From contig CAWGSK010000034.1 of the NCBI GenBank assembly GCA_963825055.1, positions 166,907 through 230,906 of the forward strand: a DNA stretch of 64,000 bases, read 5' to 3'. The DNA comes from an uncultured Gemmatimonadales bacterium. GTDB lineage: Bacteria > Gemmatimonadota > Gemmatimonadetes > Gemmatimonadales > GWC2-71-9. Below, piece after piece: positions 29,746 through 37,777 of the stretch. Below the pieces are notes generated by a model. That model saw only the letters and a program-made list of their open reading frames with translations. It did not search any database and had not been told where the DNA came from. Every line of letters starts with the position of its first letter. Position 1 is the stretch's first letter. The position numbers and the translations under genes were made by a program.

Positions 29746-31060
29746 CGCGCTCATCCGGCTCCCGCATCGAGGGACTGCCGGCCATCTGTCGCCGCAGCAC
29801 GCCGGCCACTACCACCGCCAGCATCAGGTACAGCAGCGTGATCGAGATGAGGGGGACGGGGAGACCGGGCATCGGCGTGATGGCGTCTGCGGTGCGCAGG
29901 ACATCCTGGATCACCCAGGGTTGACGCCCGACCTCCGTCACGGTCCATCCCGCCTCGATGGCGAGAAACCCGGCCGGGGCGGCCACGGCGAGCGCAAGCA
30001 GGAGGCGGGGATGGCGCGAGAAGTCCCGGGTGCGCCACCAGGCCACGGCCGCCCAGAGGCCGAGCAGGGCCAGGGCGCTCCCGAGCGCGACCATGAGTTG
30101 GAAGGCCGCATGCACGACACGCACCGGTGGCCAGTCCTCCCGGGGGACCTGGTCGAGCCCGGGGATCGTCGCACCGGGGTCATGCGTGGCGAGGAAGGAG
30201 AGTCCCTTCGGGATCTCGATGCCGAAGCGCACGGTGCGGGAGTCCGGATCCGGCCATCCCCCGATCAGCAGGGGCGCGCCGCTCCGGGTCTGGAAGTGGG
30301 ACTCCATGGCCGCGAGCTTGGCCGGCTGCTGGCGCGCCACCGCCCGGGCGCTGATGTCACCCGAGACGAGCTGCAGCAGCGAGGCGGGAACGGCAACCAG
30401 AAGGGCTATGCCAAGGGCCCGGCGATGGAAGGCATTGGCAGGGTCACGCCGGAGCATCCATGCGTGAACGCCGGCGACGGCGAACCCGGTGGCCACGAAT
30501 GCCGCGAGGGTCATGTGCAGCGTCTGCTGGAACGCCGCCGGATTCAGCATGCCGGCGATCGGGTCGAGGTCGGTGATCCGGCCGTCCACCAGCCGGAACC
30601 CGGCCGGTGCGTTCATCCACGCGTTCGCGATGACCACGAAAATGCCGGAGGCAATCCCGCTCACCGCCACCAGGATGCCTGCCGCGAGGTGCGCCCGCGG
30701 CGCGACACGTTCCCATCCGTAGAGATAGATGCCGAGAAAGATCGCCTCGGTGAAGAAGGCGAAGCCCTCCAGGGAGAAGGGCATGCCGATGATCGGGCCG
30801 GCGGCTTCCATGAACCGGGGCCAGAGCAGGCCCAGCTCGAAGGAGAGCACTGTGCCCGACACGGCCCCGACCGCGAAGAGCACGGCAGTCCCCTTGGCCC
30901 AGCGCCGGGCGAGTTCCCGGCATGCCGCGTCGCCTGTGCGCAGCCAGCGCCATTCCGCCATGACCATGAGCACCGGAAGGCCGATGCCGATCACCGCGAA
31001 TATGATGTGGAAGCCGAGCGAGACGGCCATCTGGGTGCGGGCGGCGAGCAGGTCGGACAT
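29738..31060 (-). CDS. cydA: Cytochrome bd ubiquinol oxidase subunit I (short Q-loop)
   Basis: GFHIIF, FAVGAVSG, ANAWM, QPAKLAAME, EVGRQPW. Confidence 0.95.
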   Translation of the reverse strand: MSDLLAARTQMAVSLGFHIIFAVIGIGLPVLMVMAEWRWLRTGDAACRELARRWAKGTAVLFAVGAVSGTVLSFELGLLWPRFMEAAGPIIGMPFSLEGFAFFTEAIFLGIYLYGWERVAPRAHLAAGILVAVSGIASGIFVVIANAWMNAPAGFRLVDGRITDLDPIAGMLNPAAFQQTLHMTLAAFVATGFAVAGVHAWMLRRDPANAFHRRALGIALLVAVPASLLQLVSGDISARAVARQQPAKLAAMESHFQTRSGAPLLIGGWPDPDSRTVRFGIEIPKGLSFLATHDPGATIPGLDQVPREDWPPVRVVHAAFQLMVALGSALALLGLWAAVAWWRTRDFSRHPRLLLALAVAAPAGFLAIEAGWTVTEVGRQPWVIQDVLRTADAITPMPGLPVPLISITLLYLMLAVVVAGVLRRQMAGSPSMREPDERDA

Positions 31061-31187
31061 GGGGAAGGAATCTAGCGCGGGGCCGTGGCGTGTGACGGGT
31101 GTCCTGTGGAGCGGGAAAGGGAAGAGCTATGTTTGGAGGGAAGAGTGAAGAGGGAAGCGGGCGGTAATCAACCAGATGGAGGAATGC

Positions 31188-32825
31188 ATGGCGGCGCAAT
31201 CCGGCGGATCCCCCGGCACGGGCATTGACGGCATAGAAGTTCTCGGGCCGATGCGTCCCGGCTACAGCGAGATCCTCACTCCGGAGGCGCTTTCCTTCCT
31301 GGTGGACCTGCACCGGCATTTCGATCACGAGCGCCGGGAACTGCTTGAAAAGCGCAAGGAGGTGCAGGCGCGCCTCGATGATGGCGACCTGCCGGATTTT
31401 CTGGAAGAGACGGCAGAGGTTCGTGCGGGGAACTGGCGGGTCGGGGAAATTCCGGGGGACCTGCTGGACCGGCGGGTGGAGATTACCGGGCCGGTGGACC
31501 GGAAGATGGTGATCAACGCGCTCAACAGTGGGGCCAATGTCTTCATGGCCGACTTCGAGGATGCCACGGCCCCGTCCTGGGCCAACCTCCTGGATGGCCA
31601 CATCAACCTGCGCGACGCGATTGATCGCACCATCAGCTTCACCTCGCCCGAGGGCAAGGAGTACCGGCTTGCTCCGCGGGTGGCCACGCTGCTCGTCCGC
31701 CCCCGTGGCTGGCACCTGCCGGAACGCCACGTGCTGGTGGACGGGCAGCCGATGTCGGGCAGCCTCTTTGACTTCGGCCTCTACTTCTTTCATAACGCCC
31801 GGCGCCTGGTCAACCGCGGGACCGGACCGTACTTCTACCTGCCCAAGCTGGAGGACTACCGGGAGGCGCGCCTCTGGAATGAGGTGTTCGTCCACGCCCA
31901 GCAGGCGCTGGGCCTGCCGGTCGGCACCATCAAGGTGACCGTCCTGATCGAGACCATCCTGGCCAGCTTCCAGCTCCACGAGATCCTGTACGAACTGCGC
32001 GACCATATCGTGGGACTCAACTGCGGCCGCTGGGACTACATCTTCAGTTTCATCAAGAAATTCCGCGCCCGCCCCGACTTTGTCCTCCCGGATCGCGGAA
32101 GTGTCGGGATGGACCGGCACTTTCTCCGCTCTTACACCCAGCTCGTGATCCAGGCCTGCCACCGCCGGGGCGCCTTCGCGATGGGCGGCATGGCGGCACA
32201 GATCCCGATTCGGGGTGACGAGGAGGCGAACCGGGCCGCGCTCGAGAAGGTGGCGGCGGACAAGCGTCGCGAGGTGCAGGACGGGCACGACGGCACCTGG
32301 GTGGCACACCCGGCACTGGTGCCGCTTGCGAAGAAGATCTTCGATGAGGGAATGACCGGCCCGAACCAGCTGGGCCGGATGCGGGAAGATGTGCGCGTGA
32401 CCGCCGCCGACCTGCTGCGCGTGCCGGAGGGCGCCATTACCGAGGACGGGCTCCGCCACAACATCACCGTCGGCCTGCTGTACCTGGAGGCGTGGCTCCG
32501 CTCGGTCGGCTGCGTGCCGATCTTTCACCTGATGGAAGATGCCGCCACCGCCGAAATCTCCCGGTCGCAGCTGTGGCAGTGGGTCCGGCACGGCGCCACG
32601 CTCGAGGATGGCCGCACCGTGACGGCGGACCTCTACCGCCGCACCGTGCAGGAAGAACTCCTGCGGATCCGGGAGCTGGTCGGGGAGGACCAGTTCGCGC
32701 GCGGCGCGTTCGAGGAGGCGACGGACCTGTTCGACCGGATGGTGACCCGGGACGGGTTCACCGAGTTCCTTACCCTCCCCGCGTACGAGGAACTATTACG
32801 ACGCGAGGACGCGCCGGTTGCCTGA
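31188..32825 (+). CDS. aceB: Malate synthase A
   Basis: DRRVEITGP, MADFED, RPRGWH, LNCGRWDY, LMEDAATAEISR; GGAGG SD. Confidence 0.96.
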   Translation: MAAQSGGSPGTGIDGIEVLGPMRPGYSEILTPEALSFLVDLHRHFDHERRELLEKRKEVQARLDDGDLPDFLEETAEVRAGNWRVGEIPGDLLDRRVEITGPVDRKMVINALNSGANVFMADFEDATAPSWANLLDGHINLRDAIDRTISFTSPEGKEYRLAPRVATLLVRPRGWHLPERHVLVDGQPMSGSLFDFGLYFFHNARRLVNRGTGPYFYLPKLEDYREARLWNEVFVHAQQALGLPVGTIKVTVLIETILASFQLHEILYELRDHIVGLNCGRWDYIFSFIKKFRARPDFVLPDRGSVGMDRHFLRSYTQLVIQACHRRGAFAMGGMAAQIPIRGDEEANRAALEKVAADKRREVQDGHDGTWVAHPALVPLAKKIFDEGMTGPNQLGRMREDVRVTAADLLRVPEGAITEDGLRHNITVGLLYLEAWLRSVGCVPIFHLMEDAATAEISRSQLWQWVRHGATLEDGRTVTADLYRRTVQEELLRIRELVGEDQFARGAFEEATDLFDRMVTRDGFTEFLTLPAYEELLRREDAPVA

Positions 32826-32828
32826 TCC

Positions 32829-34148
32829 GTGGAGTGGACGGCGATAGTGCGCGGACGCCTGCTGCACGTGTGGGAACGGGTCCGCTCCAGCTACTGGTTC
32901 GTCCCGACCGTGCTCTCGGTGCTGGGCATCGTGCTGTCGGTGGTGCTGGTGGCGGTGGACCGGCAACAGGGCGCCGTGTGGCTGGACGAGGCCAGCTGGC
33001 TGTATCAGGGCTCGGCGGAAGGGGCCCGGGCCCTCCTCGCTGCGGTCGCGGGGAGCATGATCACCGTCGCCGGCGTCACGTTCTCCATCACCATTGTCGT
33101 ACTCTCCCTCGCGTCCAGCCAGTTCGGCCCGCGCATCCTGCGCAACTTCATGCGGGACACCGGCAACGAGATTGTCCTCGGCACGTTCGTGGCCACCTTC
33201 CTGTACTGCCTCCTCGTACTGCGCTCCGTCCGAGGGGGGGACAACCCGTTTGTCCCGCACCTCGCCGTGTCGTTCGGCGTATTCACCGCCCTCGCCAGCA
33301 TCGGCGTCCTGATCTATTTCATCCATCACGTCTCCGGGCTGATCCAGGTGGACAACGTCGTGGCCGCGGCGAGCCATGACCTCGAGCGGGTGCTCGACCA
33401 CCCCTTCCCGGAGATCGATCCCGACAGGGCGGCCCGCGGCGAGGAAATCCTGGCCGGCGAGTCGATCGTCATCCTCGGCACGCTGACCGGGTACGTCCAG
33501 AACGTCGATGCCGGAGGGCTCCTCGACCTCGCGACCGAGCGTGAGTGGGTGATTCGCGTGCTGGCGCGACCCGGCCAATTCGTGGTGCAGGGCCAGGCGG
33601 TGGCGGAAGTCTGGGGGGCGACGGGCGGGGAGGAAGTGGATGTGGGCCATGCCGTGCGTGAACGGTTCTACGTGGGCGCGGGCCGGACGCCGAACCATGA
33701 CCTGGTGGCGGCCATCCAGCAGCTCGTGGAGATCGGGGTCCGCGCGCTGTCGCCGGGGATCAATGACCCATTCACCGCCGTCACCTGTGTGCACCGGGTG
33801 TCCGCCGCGCTCTGCGGGTTTGTGCGACGCCCCCCGCCGGCCCGCCGGTACTTTGACGATGGCGGCCATCTTCGTCTCGTAGCGGAACCGATCACCTTCG
33901 CTGAGTTGTCGGGCGCCGGGTTCGACATGCTCAGGTACTACGGCCGGTCGAGCGCCGAGGTGCTGGTGGGATTGCTGGAGGCCGTGCGGGAAGTGTCGCT
34001 CTGCGCGGCCGATCCGGGAGTGCGCGCAGTGCTCTCAAGCCACGTTGAGCGCTTCCGCGAGGCAGCGGAGCAGGGAGACCTGGTCGAGTCCGACCGGGAG
34101 CGTGTCCGGCGTGCCTGCGTGGAGGTCAGCGCCCGTCTGGCCGGGTGA
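32829..34148 (+). CDS. DUF2254 predicted membrane protein
   Basis: SSQFGPR, LGTFVATFLY, RALSPGINDPFTA. Confidence 0.9.
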   Translation: MEWTAIVRGRLLHVWERVRSSYWFVPTVLSVLGIVLSVVLVAVDRQQGAVWLDEASWLYQGSAEGARALLAAVAGSMITVAGVTFSITIVVLSLASSQFGPRILRNFMRDTGNEIVLGTFVATFLYCLLVLRSVRGGDNPFVPHLAVSFGVFTALASIGVLIYFIHHVSGLIQVDNVVAAASHDLERVLDHPFPEIDPDRAARGEEILAGESIVILGTLTGYVQNVDAGGLLDLATEREWVIRVLARPGQFVVQGQAVAEVWGATGGEEVDVGHAVRERFYVGAGRTPNHDLVAAIQQLVEIGVRALSPGINDPFTAVTCVHRVSAALCGFVRRPPPARRYFDDGGHLRLVAEPITFAELSGAGFDMLRYYGRSSAEVLVGLLEAVREVSLCAADPGVRAVLSSHVERFREAAEQGDLVESDRERVRRACVEVSARLAG

Positions 34149-34722
34149 GCGGGTTCCTGCCGTGCATGAGCGACAACAACCACGCGCCCGCCGAGCCGCT
34201 GGCCACGAGGAGGACCGTGGCCAGCGCGCGGGTAGCGTGCGCGATCGCCAGGTCCTGTCCCAGCAGTCCCGCCCGCCCCAGCAGGTAGTTCCAGTCGTGG
34301 ATGGCCTGCTCCCCGAAACTCACGAGGTCCAGTTGCAGCGCCCGGGCGTCGGCGATGTAGCGCGCGAGGTCAGCCATGCTGATGGCAAGCCATGCCCCGC
34401 AGATGACCGTCCCGAAATATTCCCGTTTCGTCAGGAAGAAGATCCCGCAGGCCACCGGCAGGGCGAGCTGTGCGAAGCTGCCTCCTGCAACACCGGCCCA
34501 CTGGCCCAGGGCCGCGAAGACGAGGTGTCCGAGTTCGTGCACGCCGAACAGGATGCCTGCGAAGAGGCTCCGGTAATCCGGATCGCGCAGCTGGCGGATT
34601 CCGGACCAGAGCACCCATAGAAGCACCGGAAGCCGCCAGGTCCAGGATCTTCCCCAGGCCCATTCGCGGATCTCCACGAGCGTCGTCCCTCTCGCCCCTG
34701 TTCCATGCACGGTGGCGGTCAT
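34126..34722 (-). CDS. Membrane protein with HExxH (M50-like metalloprotease fold)
   Basis: GVHELGH, GGSFAQL, YIADARA, HDWNYLL; start uncertain (34722/34728/34740). Confidence 0.75.
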   Translation of the reverse strand: MTATVHGTGARGTTLVEIREWAWGRSWTWRLPVLLWVLWSGIRQLRDPDYRSLFAGILFGVHELGHLVFAALGQWAGVAGGSFAQLALPVACGIFFLTKREYFGTVICGAWLAISMADLARYIADARALQLDLVSFGEQAIHDWNYLLGRAGLLGQDLAIAHATRALATVLLVASGSAGAWLLSLMHGRNPLTRPDGR

Positions 34723-34736
34723 GTCCATGCCGGGGC

Positions 34737-34751
34737 GCATGGGCCGTGCCA
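34737..34751 (-). promoter_or_regulatory. Sigma-54 (-24/-12) promoter
   Basis: Minus strand TGGCACGGCCCATGC, GG-N10-GC; AT-rich region upstream at 34790-34920. Confidence 0.6.
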
Positions 34752-35015
34752 GCCCTATCCCCGCGGTACCAGGCGGAAGCGAGGGTTGATATTATGCTCA
34801 AAAATTAGCACTTTGCTGGAAACACAGCATTAGCCGGATAGTGGATACGCTTGTGCACCTTGCGAAAAGCTGCGTCAACTTTGCGCCAAATAATGCTGGC
34901 AAATCAGCAACCTTGCGCCCCTCGCACGATTCTCATTGCAACCTTTCGCCTTCGGGGTCCGTCAAAGGAGGACAGGGCCGCCGCACTCTACTTCGACTAC
35001 TGCGTGGAGCAGGAT

Positions 35016-37658
35016 ATGCCGATGCCGACGTACGCCGGGAGACCCCGGTGCCCGTCCCTGGTCATGCTGATTCTCGTCTCGGCTACCGGGACGGTCGCGG
35101 CCCAGCAGGCCGTTGTGCCCGCGACGGCACGGCAGGCGCGCGCGACGGAAGCCACCGGGGGTATCCATGTGGACGGGGTGCTGGATGAGGCCGCCTGGAC
35201 CGGCGCCGCATGGACATCGGATTTCCGGCAGAAGGATCCTGACGAAGGCGCGCCTGCCGGCGTCCGGACCGAGGTCGCCTTCCTCTATGACGGCCAGGCC
35301 CTGTACATCGGGGCCCGGATGACGAGTGGGTCGCCGGAAGAACTCCAGGCGCTGATGGGCCGCCGGGACAACGCGGGCAGTTCCGAGCGGATCCTGTTCA
35401 GCCTGGATACCTACCATGATCGCAGGACGGCCTACACGTTCGGGGTGACGGCCGCCGGCGTCCGGCTCGACTACTACCATCCGTCCGACAACGAGCACAG
35501 TCGCGACTTTTCCTATGATCCCGTGTGGGTCGCCCGGACCCGGATCACTCCGGATGGCTGGGTGGCCGAGGTGCGGATTCCCTTCAGCCAGCTCAGGTTC
35601 AACGCCCTGCCCGAGCAGGTCTGGGGCCTCAACATCAACCGGTACATCCCAGGCCGGAACGAGGATGACTACTGGGTGATGATCCCCAAGAACCAGAACG
35701 GGTGGGCCTCCCGCTTCGGCACTCTGAGCGGGATTACCGGCGTGGAGCCCTCGCGCCGCCTCGAGCTCCAGCCCTATGTGGCGACCAACGCGACTGTCAC
35801 CGGCGAGGGCGGTGGTGGCAACCCGTTCGACGACGGACGCAACCTGAGCGTGCGCGCCGGCGGCGACCTGAAGATGGGCCTCGGCCCCAACCTGACGCTG
35901 GACGCCACGGCGAACCCGGATTTCGGCCAGGTCGAGGCCGACCCCGCCGAGGTGAACCTGAGCGCGGTCGAAACCTTCTTCAGTGAACGGCGGCCGTTCT
36001 TTACGGAAGGATCCAATCTCCTGCAGGGTGGTGGGTCGGCCTACTACTACAGCCGCCGGATTGGTGCGGCCCCGCGCGGCCCCGCATCGGGCGACTACGT
36101 CGACCGTCCCGAAGCGGCGACAATCCTGGGCGCCGCGAAGGTGACGGGGAGGCTCAGTTCCGGAATGTCCGGCGGGGCACTTCTCGCCGTGACCGACCGG
36201 GAGGAGGCCCGGACCTACGACGCGGCCACACAGACGTTCGGCCGCACCCGGGTGGCGCCGCTCACCGGTTATGGCGTGGTGCGTGCCCAGCAGGAGTTCG
36301 GGGCGTCGGCGTCCACCGTGGGCATCATCCTGACCGGGGTCGAACGGGACCTCCAGCATGGCCATCCACTGGAGTCCATCCTCACCCGCCAGGCCTTCAG
36401 TGGCGGGACCGACCTGAATCTCCGCTTCGAGGGCGGCAAGTACGTACTCGGTGCCGCCCTCGGCTTCAGCTACATCAGCGGCGATACCGCGGCCATCCGG
36501 CGGGTCCAGCAGTCCTCGACGCACTACTTCCAGCGTCCCGACCAGGGCCACGTCACCTTCGACCCGGGCCGGACCTCGCTGTTCGGGTGGCAGGCGGATC
36601 TCGACTTCAGCAAGAACGGAGGCGAGCACTGGCTCTGGGAGACCGGGGTGGGGTTCGAATCGCCCGCGTTCGAGATCAACGACATGGGCCGGCTCGGCAC
36701 GGCCGACGACATCGACGGCTACGCCAGCCTCCGCTACCGGGAGAACACCCCCGGGCGCGTCTTCCGCAGCTGGAACGTGGAGCTCTTCGGCTACGGCGGG
36801 ATGAATTTCGGCGGCATCCGCCAGTACAACGGCATCGAGCTGAGCAGTAGTGTCTCGCTGCTCAATTTCTGGAGCGCGTACCTTGGCGTCGAACTGCGGC
36901 CCGGTGCCTACAGCGACGGCCTGACCCGCGGCGGACCGCTCATGCGGACCACCAACGACCACACGGTGTACGGCGGGGTGGAGAGCCCCTTCAGCGGCAG
37001 CACGCGGTTTCAACTCGGTGGGAGCTACACCTGGGACGACATCGGCGGCTGGTACTACGAGCTGTCTCCAGAGTTCTCGTTCCGCCCGAGTCAGCGCATG
37101 GAACTGTCGATCGAACCGTCCTACAGCCGGTTGAAGGACAGGCGGCAGTACATCACCCAGCGTCCCGGTGGTCCGACGGAAACCTTCGGGACCCGGTATG
37201 TATTCGGGACCATCGGCCGCTCGACTCTCTCGGCGCAGTTCAGGATCAACTACGCCGTGACGCCGGATCTCACCCTCGAGCTTTACGCGGAACCATTCGC
37301 GGCCAGTGGCGAGTACTACCATGTGGGGCAGCTGGCCGCGCCCCGGACCAACGATCTCGAGCGCTACGGGCGGGACATCGGGTCGGTGTCCGCCACCGAC
37401 TCGACCCTCACGATCTCCGAAGGGGGCGACACGTTCACGCTGTCACCGGACTTCAACGTCCTGTCATTCCGGAGCAACCTGGTGGTGCGCTGGGAGTGGC
37501 GGCCCGGGAGTACGCTGTTCCTGGTCTGGCAGCAGAACCGCGAGCGCTTCCAGTCCAGCGGCCGCCGGATCGGCGCCGGGGACTTCTTCGATGCCTTCGG
37601 CGCCGAGGGGGATAACTTCTTCGCGGTGAAGGTGACGTACTGGTTGCCGGTGAACTGA
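35016..37658 (+). CDS. DUF5916/CBM9-like outer-membrane protein
   Basis: DGVLDEAAW, GWVAEVRIPFSQLRF, NPDFGQVEAD, ERRPFFTEG, YSRRIG, C-terminal KVTYW. Confidence 0.88.
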   Translation: MPMPTYAGRPRCPSLVMLILVSATGTVAAQQAVVPATARQARATEATGGIHVDGVLDEAAWTGAAWTSDFRQKDPDEGAPAGVRTEVAFLYDGQALYIGARMTSGSPEELQALMGRRDNAGSSERILFSLDTYHDRRTAYTFGVTAAGVRLDYYHPSDNEHSRDFSYDPVWVARTRITPDGWVAEVRIPFSQLRFNALPEQVWGLNINRYIPGRNEDDYWVMIPKNQNGWASRFGTLSGITGVEPSRRLELQPYVATNATVTGEGGGGNPFDDGRNLSVRAGGDLKMGLGPNLTLDATANPDFGQVEADPAEVNLSAVETFFSERRPFFTEGSNLLQGGGSAYYYSRRIGAAPRGPASGDYVDRPEAATILGAAKVTGRLSSGMSGGALLAVTDREEARTYDAATQTFGRTRVAPLTGYGVVRAQQEFGASASTVGIILTGVERDLQHGHPLESILTRQAFSGGTDLNLRFEGGKYVLGAALGFSYISGDTAAIRRVQQSSTHYFQRPDQGHVTFDPGRTSLFGWQADLDFSKNGGEHWLWETGVGFESPAFEINDMGRLGTADDIDGYASLRYRENTPGRVFRSWNVELFGYGGMNFGGIRQYNGIELSSSVSLLNFWSAYLGVELRPGAYSDGLTRGGPLMRTTNDHTVYGGVESPFSGSTRFQLGGSYTWDDIGGWYYELSPEFSFRPSQRMELSIEPSYSRLKDRRQYITQRPGGPTETFGTRYVFGTIGRSTLSAQFRINYAVTPDLTLELYAEPFAASGEYYHVGQLAAPRTNDLERYGRDIGSVSATDSTLTISEGGDTFTLSPDFNVLSFRSNLVVRWEWRPGSTLFLVWQQNRERFQSSGRRIGAGDFFDAFGAEGDNFFAVKVTYWLPVN

Positions 37659-37662
37659 AAAA

Positions 37663-37775
37663 ACAGTGACTGGTGACTAGTGCTTGAATACTGGCAGTCG
37701 CCCGGTCCAGTATAGTTCCCGAGCGGAACTCCTCCCCAAACACCAGTCACTGCTCACCAGTCACTAGTCACTGTC
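37663..37775. repeat. Inverted heptamer arrays (YRGTGAC)n / (CACYAGT)n enclosing two hairpins
   Basis: 37663-37682 is complementary to 37755-37774 (2 mismatches); inner ATACTGG/CCAGTAT and AGTTCC/GGAACT stems. Confidence 0.85.
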
Positions 37776-37777
37776 GT

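Noticed and set aside
31188..32825. aceB with no adjacent aceA as a novel pathway
   Set aside because: The two genes are often unlinked; this cannot be judged from one window
34897..34950. Plus-strand sigma-54 promoter for the DUF5916 gene
   Set aside because: The TGGC...TTGC spacing is not GG-N10-GC
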